64,000 nt of DNA. Source: Thermoplasmatota archaeon. Lineage in GTDB: Archaea; Thermoplasmatota; Thermoplasmata; UBA10834. The DNA is taken from positions 64,001 to 128,000 of the forward strand of contig JBFMHR010000002.1 of the NCBI GenBank assembly GCA_040751795.1, given 5' to 3'. A model generated the notes under the pieces. That model was not told the DNA's origin and did no database searches. It was given only the letters and a program-made list of their open reading frames with translations. This document shows, piece by piece, positions 47,596-57,059 of the stretch. Within the stretch, counting starts at the first letter, position 1, and the number at the start of each line of letters is the position of its first letter. The translations under genes and the position numbers were made by a program.

Positions 47596-48630
47596 ATGGT
47601 CTCCGTGTGCATGCTCACCGAGCTCGAGTCCTACAGGGGCATCATACCGTACAAGAACCCAGGTGGGATGGGGACCAACGCCCCTATGGTCGCGAGGGAG
47701 CTGGAGCGGCTCGGGTGCAGGGTGGTCTTCAACCGGCCGGAGGAGGACTGCGACGTCCTCCACGTGCACAGCCAGCTCCCGCGCTCCTTCGCGTGGGCGC
47801 TGAGGAGGCGCATGGAGGGGAGGCCCCTGGTGGTACACGGCCGCCACCTCCCGGAGCTGGTCAAGGGCGGGTTCAAGGGGGGCTCGCTGATCTACCCGCT
47901 GGTGCGCCGCTACTCCGTCTACTTCTACAACCTCGGCGACGTGGTGCTCGGCGCCACGCCGTACGTGGCGAAGTCGCTCGCGGGCGACGGCGTGAGGGGG
48001 CCGTTCAAGGTCATCCCCAACGGCATCAACCGCGAGGTGTTCGCCAGGGACGCGGGGCGCGGCGCCGAGTTCAGGGAGCGCTGGGGCGTCCGGCCCGGGG
48101 AGAAGCTGGTGGTCAGCGTCGGCCTGCGCATCCCGCGCAAGGGGGTCGACACCTTCGTGAACATGTCCTCCATCCTCTCGAGGCGTGACGACCTCAGGTT
48201 CGTGTGGGTCGGGGAGAGCGAGCCCCTGCTCGAGGACGCCCTGGACGGGCTCGACAGGGGCAGGGTCCTCTTCCCCGGGCACGTGCCGTTCCAGGACATA
48301 GTCGGGGTGTACTCCGCCGCCGACGTCTTCGTGTTCCCGACCAGGGCCGAGAGCTACGGGAACGTCATGCTCGAGGCGGCCAGCTGCGGCTGCCCGCTGC
48401 TCATCAGGGACATCCCCGTCTACGAGGGGTGGGTCCGCGACGGCGAGCACTGCCTGAAGGCGCGGACGGACGAGGAGTTCGCGCGGAAGCTGGAGTCCAT
48501 GGTGGACGACGCGCAGCTCCGCGAGAGGATGTCCAGGGGCGCCCTGGCCCTCGCCGAGGAGCACGACATCAAGAAGACCGCGGCGATGCTGAAGGAACTG
48601 TACGAGGAACTGGCGAAGGGGAGGGTGTAG
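47596..48630 (+). CDS. Glycosyltransferase family 4
   Basis: VIPNGI, RKGVD, ADVFVFPTRAESYGNVMLEAASCG. Confidence 0.92.
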   Translation: MVSVCMLTELESYRGIIPYKNPGGMGTNAPMVARELERLGCRVVFNRPEEDCDVLHVHSQLPRSFAWALRRRMEGRPLVVHGRHLPELVKGGFKGGSLIYPLVRRYSVYFYNLGDVVLGATPYVAKSLAGDGVRGPFKVIPNGINREVFARDAGRGAEFRERWGVRPGEKLVVSVGLRIPRKGVDTFVNMSSILSRRDDLRFVWVGESEPLLEDALDGLDRGRVLFPGHVPFQDIVGVYSAADVFVFPTRAESYGNVMLEAASCGCPLLIRDIPVYEGWVRDGEHCLKARTDEEFARKLESMVDDAQLRERMSRGALALAEEHDIKKTAAMLKELYEELAKGRV

Positions 48631-48631
48631 C

Positions 48632-49228
48632 CTGCTCGGTGAGGACATCATATCCCTGTTCTCGTCCCTCGGCGACGCGGGGATGCTTCTCGCTCTCGTG
48701 GCCATCATACTCATAGACGGGACCGGGTTCCCCACGCTGCCCGAGGTGTGGATGGTCTTCATCTTCGGCGCCAACCCCGACTCGTTCACCTGGGGCGTCC
48801 TCGTGGTGATAGTGTCGAGCCTCGCCAGCCTCGGCGGCAACTTCATCCTCTACTCGCTGGTGAGGGCGGCCAGGCTCCCGAACTGGATCCAGAGGCGGAT
48901 GAAGCAGTACACGGACTTCCTGATCGTCAAGGACGAGCGCCTCCTCCTCCTGAACAGGGTGGCCCCCGTCGTGCCGTACACAGGCGCCTTCATGGCCGTC
49001 TGCAACTGGGACCTCCGCAAGTGCACCCTGTACCTCATCGTAGGCGCCCTGGCGAAGTCTTCGGTCGTCGTCGTCCTGTCATGGCTGAGCTACGACAACC
49101 TCAGGCAGGAGGTCGCCCCATGGGTCGCGCTGGGCGCCGTGGCGGTGGTCATCGTCGCCAGCATTGTCGCATCATTAATCTACAAGAGACGGCTTCGCCG
49201 GAGGGGGGAGCTCCCACGATCTCAGTGA
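48632..49228 (+). CDS. DedA/VTT-like membrane protein; probable CTG start at 48632 (first ATG 48683)
   Basis: FPTLPE, GN..LY, NRVAPVVP pattern; in-frame CTG 1 nt after the upstream TAG with SD-like GGGGAGGGTG. Confidence 0.7.
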   Translation: MLGEDIISLFSSLGDAGMLLALVAIILIDGTGFPTLPEVWMVFIFGANPDSFTWGVLVVIVSSLASLGGNFILYSLVRAARLPNWIQRRMKQYTDFLIVKDERLLLLNRVAPVVPYTGAFMAVCNWDLRKCTLYLIVGALAKSSVVVVLSWLSYDNLRQEVAPWVALGAVAVVIVASIVASLIYKRRLRRRGELPRSQ

Positions 49229-50328
49229 TCATCCCGACCTACAACGAGAAGGACAACCTGGAGGAGCTCGTGCGCAGGACGAGCGCCGCGTGCTCCGCCA
49301 CCAAGATGGGCCACGAGATCGTCATCGTGGACGACAACAGCCCCGACGGGACGGGGGCGCTGGCGGAGGAGCTCGGGAAGAGCTTCAGCGTCAAGGTCGT
49401 GCACAGGGCGGGCAAGCTCGGCCTCTCGACTGCGGTGCTGGACGGGTTCAAGGCAGCCTCGGGTTCCGTGCTCGTCGTGATGGACGCGGACCTCAGCCAC
49501 CCGCCGGAGAAGATCGCCGAGATGGTCGAGCGCATAGTCAAGGGCGGCGCGGACATGGTCATCGGGAGCAGGTACGTCCCCGGCGGCCAGGTCGAGAACT
49601 GGCCCCTCCACAGGAAGCTCATCTCGAAGGGGGCGACCCTCCTCGCCAGGGGGCTCACGAAGGTGAAGGACCCGATGAGCGGCTTCTTCGCCGTCAAGCG
49701 CGAGGCCGTGGAGGGGGTCGAGCTCAACCCGATAGGCTACAAGATCGGCCTCGAGGTCCTGGTCAAGGGGAAGGTGTCGAAGGTGGAGGAGGTACCCATC
49801 ACCTTCGCGGACCGCAAGGCCGGCAAGAGCAAGCTGGGCGCGTCCGTGACCCTGAAGTACATCGACCACTGCATCTCCCTGTACGAGCACAGGAAGCCCT
49901 GGCTCGCGAAGTACCTCAAGTTCGCGTTCGTGGGCGGGATAGGGACGCTGATCAACCTCGCCATCTTCTGGACCTCGATCGAGTTCTTCTACGTCAACGA
50001 GTTCGTCGCGCTTACGCTGGCGTTCGTCGTGGCGGACACGAACAACTTCATCTGGAACAGGTGGTGGACGTTCAGGTCGAAGGGGAAGATCCACTTCCAG
50101 TACCCCCAGTTCCTCGTGGTCAGCGCCGACGGGCTGATGCTCAACATCATACTCTACTCGGCGTTCACGGACCACCTATTCCCGGCGCTGGGCCTCGTGG
50201 AGGACAGGGCCAGCCTCTACCAGGTGTCCGCGCAGGTCCTCTGCATCTTCCTCGTGAGCGTGTTCAACTTCTTCGCCAACGCGCTCTGGACCTTCGAGGC
50301 CGACATGCGGCCTAGACGTCGGCCTTAG
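49216..50328 (+). CDS. Polyprenol-phosphate mannosyltransferase (GT2, Dpm1-like) fused to GtrA; start ACG 49216 or GTG 49225
   Basis: ISVIIPTYNE, VDDNSPDGT, MDADLSHPP, IGSRY, DPMSGFF, GKSK, then KFAFVGGIG...NNFIWNRWWTF (GtrA). Confidence 0.92.
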   Translation, partial: TISVIIPTYNEKDNLEELVRRTSAACSATKMGHEIVIVDDNSPDGTGALAEELGKSFSVKVVHRAGKLGLSTAVLDGFKAASGSVLVVMDADLSHPPEKIAEMVERIVKGGADMVIGSRYVPGGQVENWPLHRKLISKGATLLARGLTKVKDPMSGFFAVKREAVEGVELNPIGYKIGLEVLVKGKVSKVEEVPITFADRKAGKSKLGASVTLKYIDHCISLYEHRKPWLAKYLKFAFVGGIGTLINLAIFWTSIEFFYVNEFVALTLAFVVADTNNFIWNRWWTFRSKGKIHFQYPQFLVVSADGLMLNIILYSAFTDHLFPALGLVEDRASLYQVSAQVLCIFLVSVFNFFANALWTFEADMRPRRRP

Positions 50329-51847
50329 GGTTCAGGACCGGGATGCCGTACTCCCCAGCGACCTCGTACTTCACGTAGAAGTACGTGGGGTCTATGCTGC
50401 CCTCGAAGAGGTCCAGGACGGTGTCGTCCCCGTGGCCGACCCACCATGGCACGACCATGGCGAAGCCGTTCTCCCGGAGGTACGGGACGAAGCCCTCTAT
50501 GTCCTGCAGCCTGAAGCAAACCACGACCACCGAGACGTTGTACCTCTCTATCGCTGTCTGGAGGTCCTCGAGCGTCAGCTGCGGGTACCTCCTGTAGGCG
50601 ACGTTGACGACCTCCGGGGGCACCTGCCTGTCGGCGTAGGTCGCGATGAGCGGGTCCCCCGTTATCACCCAGTCGTCCTGCTCCGTGATCTCGGCGAGCC
50701 TCTCGGCGTAGACTATCTCCGAGGGCTCCCCCTGGAACGCCATCCCGTAGAAGGCGAGGCCCGTCGAAGCGGCCAGGTCTATCATGATGACGGCCGTCGC
50801 GAAGCGCCTGAGGTTGGGGTCCCTTTTCAGCACGTAATAGAGGTGGCTCTTCTTGTGGTGCCCCTTTTTGAACATGACGGTCTCGGACGTCACGAACCCG
50901 GCGAGGACGGCGAGGGCGGGGCTCAGGAGGACCATGTGGTGGAAGAAGACGAGGGGCTGGAGGACCATGAAGGCGAGCACGACCGCCGTCACGACTATGA
51001 GGTAGCGCACCTCAGGCCCGACCGCCCAGAGGTCGCGCGCGTACGCGATGGGGAGGATGTAGGTCAGGTTCAGCCCCAGGTAGCCCAGTATGGAGAGCTT
51101 GAAGAGGAGCTCGAGCTCGCGGTGCGTCTGGTCGAACAGCATCCCCTGGAGCATCTCCGAGGGGCCGAGCAGCGCCAGGAAGGTGACCATCGGGACGGCC
51201 GCGCCCCCGATCATCGTGCCGAGGTCCAAGGCCTTGGACGCCTTGAACGACCTCTCCCTCAGGGCCTCCACGGCGAAGAAGAGTATGAGCGCAAGCAGCC
51301 CCAGCCCGCCCAGCAGCTTGACCGCGGTGGCGAGGCCTACGAAGAGCCCGGCCAGGAACGCCGCGAGCCTGTCGCCCCTCTTCGCGTAGAAGTAGAACGC
51401 GAGGAAACCGAACGCGAGCATGTACGTGGCCATGCCGTCGAGGGAGAACAGCCTCGCCTCCCGGACGAAGGCGAAGTCCACCGCCAGGAAGAGCCCCGTG
51501 GAGATCATCGCCACGTCCCCTCCGATCCTCCTGGCGACGTACATGCAGGCCGCGATTGCCCCCAGGGAGAGCGCGGCGTTGAGGGCCCTCAGGGCGATCA
51601 CGTCCCCCTCGAGGAGGGCCCCGAAGTAGAACGCGAGGGGGGCCTGGTCGCACGGGATGTCGGTGTAGAGGTCGTAGTCCCTGCTGATCAGCAGCGCCCT
51701 CTGGAGCATCACGCCCTCGTCCACGCCGTTGTTGGAGAAGCTCCAGCCGATGTTGTGGAGCCTTATGGCGGCCGCGAGGGCCAGTATGAGGAGGACGGCG
51801 ACGAGCGTCCTGCGCCGGGTCTCGGTGAGGCGGGCGAGCAGACTCAT
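50312..51847 (-). CDS. ArnT/PMT-like (GT-C) membrane glycosyltransferase
   Basis: DEG after TM1, LY.DI..DQAPL, many TM, GLATAVK. Confidence 0.85.
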   Translation of the reverse strand: MSLLARLTETRRRTLVAVLLILALAAAIRLHNIGWSFSNNGVDEGVMLQRALLISRDYDLYTDIPCDQAPLAFYFGALLEGDVIALRALNAALSLGAIAACMYVARRIGGDVAMISTGLFLAVDFAFVREARLFSLDGMATYMLAFGFLAFYFYAKRGDRLAAFLAGLFVGLATAVKLLGGLGLLALILFFAVEALRERSFKASKALDLGTMIGGAAVPMVTFLALLGPSEMLQGMLFDQTHRELELLFKLSILGYLGLNLTYILPIAYARDLWAVGPEVRYLIVVTAVVLAFMVLQPLVFFHHMVLLSPALAVLAGFVTSETVMFKKGHHKKSHLYYVLKRDPNLRRFATAVIMIDLAASTGLAFYGMAFQGEPSEIVYAERLAEITEQDDWVITGDPLIATYADRQVPPEVVNVAYRRYPQLTLEDLQTAIERYNVSVVVVCFRLQDIEGFVPYLRENGFAMVVPWWVGHGDDTVLDLFEGSIDPTYFYVKYEVAGEYGIPVLNPKADV

Positions 51848-51904
51848 TCCTTCACTCCTTCCCCTCGTACGGGGAATCGCGGGCGGCCTATTGAGCGTGA
51901 CGGC

Positions 51905-53092
51905 TCAGAGGAACTCCTCGAACTCCTTGACGAGCTCGGGATGCCTGTCCTTGATCGCCTTCAGTATCGCGAAGGTGGACATCTTCTCCACGCCGACCTC
52001 GTTGAGCGTCGCTATGACCTTGTCGAAGGTCTCGTCGCTCAGGGTGACGAGCTTCTCCTTGGCCAGCCAGTTCCTGTAGAGGTTGTTCTCGAGCAGGTCG
52101 CGCCAGCCGTTCTCGTACCTCTTGAGGGACCTCTCGCTGAAGTCGTTCTCCTTGGTGGCGGCCGCCAGGACCTCGCCCGCGACCTTCCCCGCCTTGCAGG
52201 AGTTGGATATGCCCCCGCCGGTGATGGGGTCGATCTGCCTCGCGGCGTCCCCGACCAGGAGGATGCCGTCGCCGACCGTCCTCTCTATGGGGGCGCATAT
52301 CGAGACCGCGCCGCTGACCATCTCGAGGGGCCTCCCCTTCCTCAGCCTCGGGTCCCCCTGGATGAACTTGTCCAGCTGCTTCTTCACGTCCGCGGGGTGG
52401 CTGAGCTTGGTCAGCTGCATGCCAATGCCCACGTTGGCCGTGTCCTTGTTCTTGGGGAATATCCAGATGTACCCGCCCGGGGCCTTGCTGCCCAGGACGA
52501 ACTCGCAGTAGTCGAAGTCCTGGTCTATGTTGGTGAGGCGGTACTGGAAGCAGCTCGTGATGTCCCTCGGCGCGAGGCCGGTGTCAATGCCGGCCCAGCG
52601 GCCGACCTGCGACTCGAACCCGTCGGCCGCGACGACGCAGCCGCAGGTGATGTCCCTGGTGCCCTCCATCGACCTGACCCTGACGCCGACGACCTTGTTC
52701 CCGGACTTCAGGAGCTTGGTCGCGGAGGTCTTGAGCTGCAGGTCGGAGCCGGCCTTGATGGCGTCCCTGGCCAGCAGCTTGTCGAAGAAGACCCTGTCGA
52801 TGACTATGCCGACCTCGTCGCCGGCCATCTTCTCCGAGAGGAAGAAGGTCGAGCCGTTGGGCGACACGAGCTTCGCGCCCTTGACCTCCCACGCGACGCT
52901 CTTCTTGTCCAGCTTGAGCCCCACGGAGTCGTGCCACGAGCGGGATATCCCCTCGCCGCACCTGACGGGGGAGCCGACCTCCTGCCTCTTCTCGATCATC
53001 AGCACCTTGGCGCCCTTCTTCGCCGCCCACTTGGCGGTCATGGAGCCGGCCGGGCCGGCGCCCACGACGACGACGTCGTAATCGCGCTTCAT
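51905..53092 (-). CDS. Digeranylgeranylglycerophospholipid reductase
   Basis: DVVVVGAGPAGS, EKRQEVGSPVRCGEG, ADGFES, APGGYIWIFPK, VGDAARQIDPITGGGI. Confidence 0.93.
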   Translation of the reverse strand: MKRDYDVVVVGAGPAGSMTAKWAAKKGAKVLMIEKRQEVGSPVRCGEGISRSWHDSVGLKLDKKSVAWEVKGAKLVSPNGSTFFLSEKMAGDEVGIVIDRVFFDKLLARDAIKAGSDLQLKTSATKLLKSGNKVVGVRVRSMEGTRDITCGCVVAADGFESQVGRWAGIDTGLAPRDITSCFQYRLTNIDQDFDYCEFVLGSKAPGGYIWIFPKNKDTANVGIGMQLTKLSHPADVKKQLDKFIQGDPRLRKGRPLEMVSGAVSICAPIERTVGDGILLVGDAARQIDPITGGGISNSCKAGKVAGEVLAAATKENDFSERSLKRYENGWRDLLENNLYRNWLAKEKLVTLSDETFDKVIATLNEVGVEKMSTFAILKAIKDRHPELVKEFEEFL

Positions 53093-53093
53093 C

Positions 53094-53291
53094 TCAGTCA
53101 TCCTCCAGGAGGCTTATCGCGCCGACCGGGCACGCCTTGATGCACCTCTTGCAGAGGTTGCAGTCGTCGTTGAACTCCACGAGGACCTCCCTCAGGGTTA
53201 TCGCGTTCCGCGGGCAGGAGCCCACGCACGCCCCGCAGTGCATGCACTTGTCTATGTCCACCTCGAGCTCGTCGAGCTTGTCCTTGTTCAA
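53094..53291 (-). CDS. 2[4Fe-4S] ferredoxin
   Basis: CMHCGACVGSCP and CNLCKRCIKACP. Confidence 0.93.
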   Translation of the reverse strand: MNKDKLDELEVDIDKCMHCGACVGSCPRNAITLREVLVEFNDDCNLCKRCIKACPVGAISLLEDD

Positions 53292-53301
53292 ACCTGACAC
53301 C

Positions 53302-54855
53302 TCACGTGTACTGGTCCCCGTGCCTCTTCCTCCACTCTGCCAGCGGTATCGAGAACTTCTTCTCGACTCCCGTCCTGTACACGGGGCCCGAGTTGTAGGC
53401 GCAGAACGGGATGAGCTTCATGTCGGGGGTGGTGTAGTGGATGCTGCACCTCTTCACCCGCTCGACGTCGTAGTTGTAGGCGTCCATGAAGTGCATCGCG
53501 CCGATGTACATCATGTTCCAACTGAACTTCGAGAGGCCCTTCTTGGTGTCCTCGGAGAAGACCCTGCTGAGCACCTTGAGGAACTGCATGGTGTCCAGGC
53601 CCTCGGGCACCTCGTCCTTCTTCATGTGCCTCTTGAGCATGTTGAAGGCCTTGACCTTGGTGAACGTCTGGACCTTCTTCCCGTCCGCCTTCCGGGCAAG
53701 CTTGTGCATCTCCGCGAAGAGCTCGTCCACCTCGACGAACCGGGTGAGGGGCACGATGTTGTCCACGTCCTTTACGAAGAGGTATGTCGCGAGCCCGCAG
53801 TGCACGTGGTTCGTGAACGTGACCATGTTGCGTCCCGCGATCGCCGTCACCAGCTCGGAGACCGCGGTGACGGACGGGACCGGGTACCAGTCCGAGGCCT
53901 TGATCCTCCCCTTGGACTGCCTGTCCACGTCGTGGATGAGGTCGGTGAGGGTGTACCTGCCCTTCTCCAGCTCCTCGGTCGTTATCCTTCCCGTGAACGC
54001 CACGGGCTGGAAGTTCGCGCCGCGGACCACGTCGCTGTTCTTGATGCCGTACTCCAGTATCGGCCAGACCTGGTCGTCGTTGACGCCCTTCACTATCGTG
54101 GGCACGAGCACTATGGAGGGGTGGTTGGGCACCTGCCTGAAGTTCTCTATGACCTTCTGCTTGACGTCGAGGAGGTCCCTGCCCCTCGCCCTCTCGTAGA
54201 TCTCGGGGCGGAGCCCGTCGAACTGGAGGTAGAGTGTGTTCAGACCGGCCTCGCTCGCCTTCCTGCAGAAGTCGAGGCTCTTGGCGAACTCGATCCCGTT
54301 CGTGGCCGCCTGGACCTGGGCGAAGCCCATCCCCCTGGCCGCCTTGATCACGTCGAAGAACCGCGGGTATATGGTCGGCTCCCCGCCAGAGAACTGGACC
54401 GCTGGGCAAGGCACCGGCCTCTGCGCCCTGAGCAGCTTCAGCATCGCGATTATGGTGTCGTAGTCGGGTTCGTACACGTAGCCCGCGGAGTTCGCGTTGG
54501 CGAAGCATATGGGGCACTTGAGGTTGCACCGGTTGGTGAGGTCCACGTTCGCCAGCGCGGTGTGGCTGAGGTGGAGGTCGCACAGCCCGCAGTCGAACGG
54601 GCACTGCTTCGCCTTCGGTATGGCGGGCTCCTCGACCCCTATGCCGTCCCGGGCCCACTTCTCCACCCTCAGGTAGGTCTCCGCGTCGGACCAGACGACG
54701 TCCCTGAAGCTCCCGTGCTTGGGGCAGGTCTTCTCCATGACGACCTTGCCGTTCTCCTCCCGCATGGTCGCCTCTATGATGGTCAGGCACTCGGGGCATA
54801 GGCTCTCTGTCTTCTTAGGGAGGCCTACGGCCACCGTCGAATCCTTGGTGAGCAT
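53302..54855 (-). CDS. tes: Tetraether lipid synthase (Tes/GDGT-MAS, MJ0619-like radical SAM)
   Basis: N-terminal SLCPEC...KTCPKHG, CPFDCGLC..H, ANVDLTNRCNLKCPICFAN, QFSGGEPT, YLQFDG, NFQPVAFTGR, HVHCG, MHFMD.YNYD.ERVKRC.IHY, IPFCAYN. Confidence 0.9.
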   Translation of the reverse strand: MLTKDSTVAVGLPKKTESLCPECLTIIEATMREENGKVVMEKTCPKHGSFRDVVWSDAETYLRVEKWARDGIGVEEPAIPKAKQCPFDCGLCDLHLSHTALANVDLTNRCNLKCPICFANANSAGYVYEPDYDTIIAMLKLLRAQRPVPCPAVQFSGGEPTIYPRFFDVIKAARGMGFAQVQAATNGIEFAKSLDFCRKASEAGLNTLYLQFDGLRPEIYERARGRDLLDVKQKVIENFRQVPNHPSIVLVPTIVKGVNDDQVWPILEYGIKNSDVVRGANFQPVAFTGRITTEELEKGRYTLTDLIHDVDRQSKGRIKASDWYPVPSVTAVSELVTAIAGRNMVTFTNHVHCGLATYLFVKDVDNIVPLTRFVEVDELFAEMHKLARKADGKKVQTFTKVKAFNMLKRHMKKDEVPEGLDTMQFLKVLSRVFSEDTKKGLSKFSWNMMYIGAMHFMDAYNYDVERVKRCSIHYTTPDMKLIPFCAYNSGPVYRTGVEKKFSIPLAEWRKRHGDQYT

Positions 54856-54928
54856 GTTACTCCCCATTCCCTTGGGGGTTAATTCCACAGGCGATAATTT
54901 AAATCTTATGTAGCTTATCGGGCTACAA

Positions 54929-55720
54929 ATGGACCTGAAGACCATCATATCCAAGATGGGCCTCGACGCCGAGGAGCTCCTGAGGGAGTACCAGAGGGTG
55001 TCCAGCATGCTCGGGCGTCTGGGCCTCTCGGAGTACGAGTCGAGGGGGTACGTCGCCCTCGTGGCCCTCGGCTCAGGAACCGCCAACAATGTAGCTGACA
55101 TAGCACAGATACCCCGGACATCTGCCTACAAGGTCATGAAGTCCCTCGAGGCGAAGGGCTTCGCGCAGCAGAAGCCCGGTAGGCCGCGCTCCTTCTCCCC
55201 GGTAGAGCCGGCGGAGGTCTCGGCCCGCCTTGTGGCCGAGGTCCGCGAGTCCTTCGAGAAGATCGCCTCCGTGAGGAACGTGCTCTCAGAGAGGGGCGTC
55301 CCCCAGCTCGTCTACACCATCATGGGGAAGGAGCGCGTCTTCGAGAAGATTGGAGAGATGCTGGACCGGTCGGAGCACACCTTCGTGATATCGTCGCCGT
55401 CCTTCACCGGCCTCAGGAGGAGGCTGGGGAAGCGCTTCGCGGCCGCCTCGAGCAGGGGCGTCCGCGTCGTGGTCATCACAAGCCCGTTCGTCAAGGTCCC
55501 GAGGGGCCTGGAGACCGTCAGGCGGGAGGGGCTGATCGCCACCGACGCGATCAGCGACGGGCGGTCCGCCCTCCTCGCGGCCCCGGACCTGTCGGCGTGC
55601 GGCTACACGGACAACGAGACCCTCGCGGCGCACCTGGACGAGTTCCTGAGGATCATGTCGGAGAGGCGCCCTAGCGGAAGAGGTCCTGCGGCCGCCGGGC
55701 CTTCTTCGACTCGGCCTTGA
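54929..55720 (+). CDS. TrmB family transcriptional regulator
   Basis: LGLSEYESRGY, IPRTSAYKVMKSLEAKGF, GRP. Confidence 0.9.
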   Translation: MDLKTIISKMGLDAEELLREYQRVSSMLGRLGLSEYESRGYVALVALGSGTANNVADIAQIPRTSAYKVMKSLEAKGFAQQKPGRPRSFSPVEPAEVSARLVAEVRESFEKIASVRNVLSERGVPQLVYTIMGKERVFEKIGEMLDRSEHTFVISSPSFTGLRRRLGKRFAAASSRGVRVVVITSPFVKVPRGLETVRREGLIATDAISDGRSALLAAPDLSACGYTDNETLAAHLDEFLRIMSERRPSGRGPAAAGPSSTRP

Positions 55721-56969
55721 TCACCGTCTTGATCAGGAACGGCGCGTAGATCGTGGTCGCGATGGACACCAGTACTATCACCGAGTAGGTGGTGGGGCTT
55801 ATGGTCGCCATGTTCAGGCCTATCATCGCCACCACGATGCCCACCTCGCCCCGGGGGACCATCCCCGCGCCGACTATCAGGGCCGTCCTCTCGCCCCGCC
55901 TTATCGCGCCGAGCGAGCACCCGATGAGCTTGCTCACGATGGCCACCATGGTGAGGGCTATGGCCAAGGGCGCGACCTCCCACAGGTCCGCGAACCCGAC
56001 CTTCGCCCCCATGACGACGAAGAAGAACGGCACCATGAGGACGTTCAGGGGCTCGAACTTCTGCTCTAGCTCGTAGGTCTCCTTCGTGTCTGAGAATATG
56101 AGGCCGGCGAAGAACGCGCCTATGATGGCCGCCAGGCCGACGTATGACGCCATGGCCGAGAGGCCGAACACCACTATGAGTATGATGACGAAGGGCGCCT
56201 CCTTCTGCACCAGCCTGTCGAACCAGCTGTCCCTCTTGAACGCGGTGGTGCGGTAGTGGATGGCGTAGGAGCCGTTCACCATGCGGTCGCCCCGGATCTC
56301 GCGCTTCCCGGAGGCGTACCTGACCATCCTCGTGCCGAGGATCGTGACTATCGCGACGAAGCAGAGCGCCTCCGCGACCACCACGCCGATGTGCAGGGTG
56401 TCGAGGCTGCCCGAGGCGCTCCCCGACACGATGGTGAGGACGATCATCGCGAGGATGTCGTCCACGACGGCGGCGCCGAGGATGATCTTCGCCTCGGTAG
56501 TGCCGATCATCCCGAGGTCCTGCAGCACCCTCGCGGTGATGCCCACGCTGGTGGCGACCAGGGCAGCCCCCACGAACATGGCCTCGACCGACGACATGAA
56601 CAGGAGCACGGAGACGTAGTAGCCCATCACGAAGGGAGTGACCACGCCGAGGACGGCGACGGAGGTCGCGACGAGGCCGACCCGCCTGAGCTCGGTGAGC
56701 TTGGTCTCCATCCCGACCGAGAAGAGCAGGAAGGTGGCGCCGAGCTGCGCGAGGACGTCCAGGAATGTCTGGTCCTCCGTGATGAGGTTGAGGATCGACG
56801 GGCCCAGTACGATGCCCGCCATGAGCTCCCCCACCACCGCGGGGAGCCTCATCCTCTCCATGACCTCGCCGCCCACCTTCGCCGCGAGGAAGGCCACGAA
56901 GATCAGGACAAGGGTTCCCTCAGTGCTGGCCAACGCATCCCATCCGAGCACTTGAATGCCCTCTGGCAT
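55671..56969 (-). CDS. Cation:proton antiporter (CPA2, NapA/KefB-like)
   Basis: PAVVGELMAG, LLFSVGMET, ATSVGIT, GAAVVDDIL, IIGAFFAG, GMVPRGEVG. Confidence 0.93.
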   Translation of the reverse strand: MPEGIQVLGWDALASTEGTLVLIFVAFLAAKVGGEVMERMRLPAVVGELMAGIVLGPSILNLITEDQTFLDVLAQLGATFLLFSVGMETKLTELRRVGLVATSVAVLGVVTPFVMGYYVSVLLFMSSVEAMFVGAALVATSVGITARVLQDLGMIGTTEAKIILGAAVVDDILAMIVLTIVSGSASGSLDTLHIGVVVAEALCFVAIVTILGTRMVRYASGKREIRGDRMVNGSYAIHYRTTAFKRDSWFDRLVQKEAPFVIILIVVFGLSAMASYVGLAAIIGAFFAGLIFSDTKETYELEQKFEPLNVLMVPFFFVVMGAKVGFADLWEVAPLAIALTMVAIVSKLIGCSLGAIRRGERTALIVGAGMVPRGEVGIVVAMIGLNMATISPTTYSVIVLVSIATTIYAPFLIKTVIKAESKKARRPQDLFR

Positions 56970-57059
56970 ATTTAACGGTGAGGCGCGCCCGGCGCGCCCG
57001 ATGTATGCTGCATGTATGCCCAACGGTCAACTGTCTCGGGCGCCCTCGGCGGTCCGAGG

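Noticed and set aside
50432-53140. 902-aa plus-strand ORF and many other long antisense or alternate-frame ORFs (e.g. 53137-54801, 58440-59984, N-terminal part of 38025-40058)
   Set aside because: Shadow ORFs expected from high GC3 codon usage; they overlap well-supported genes and have no motifs
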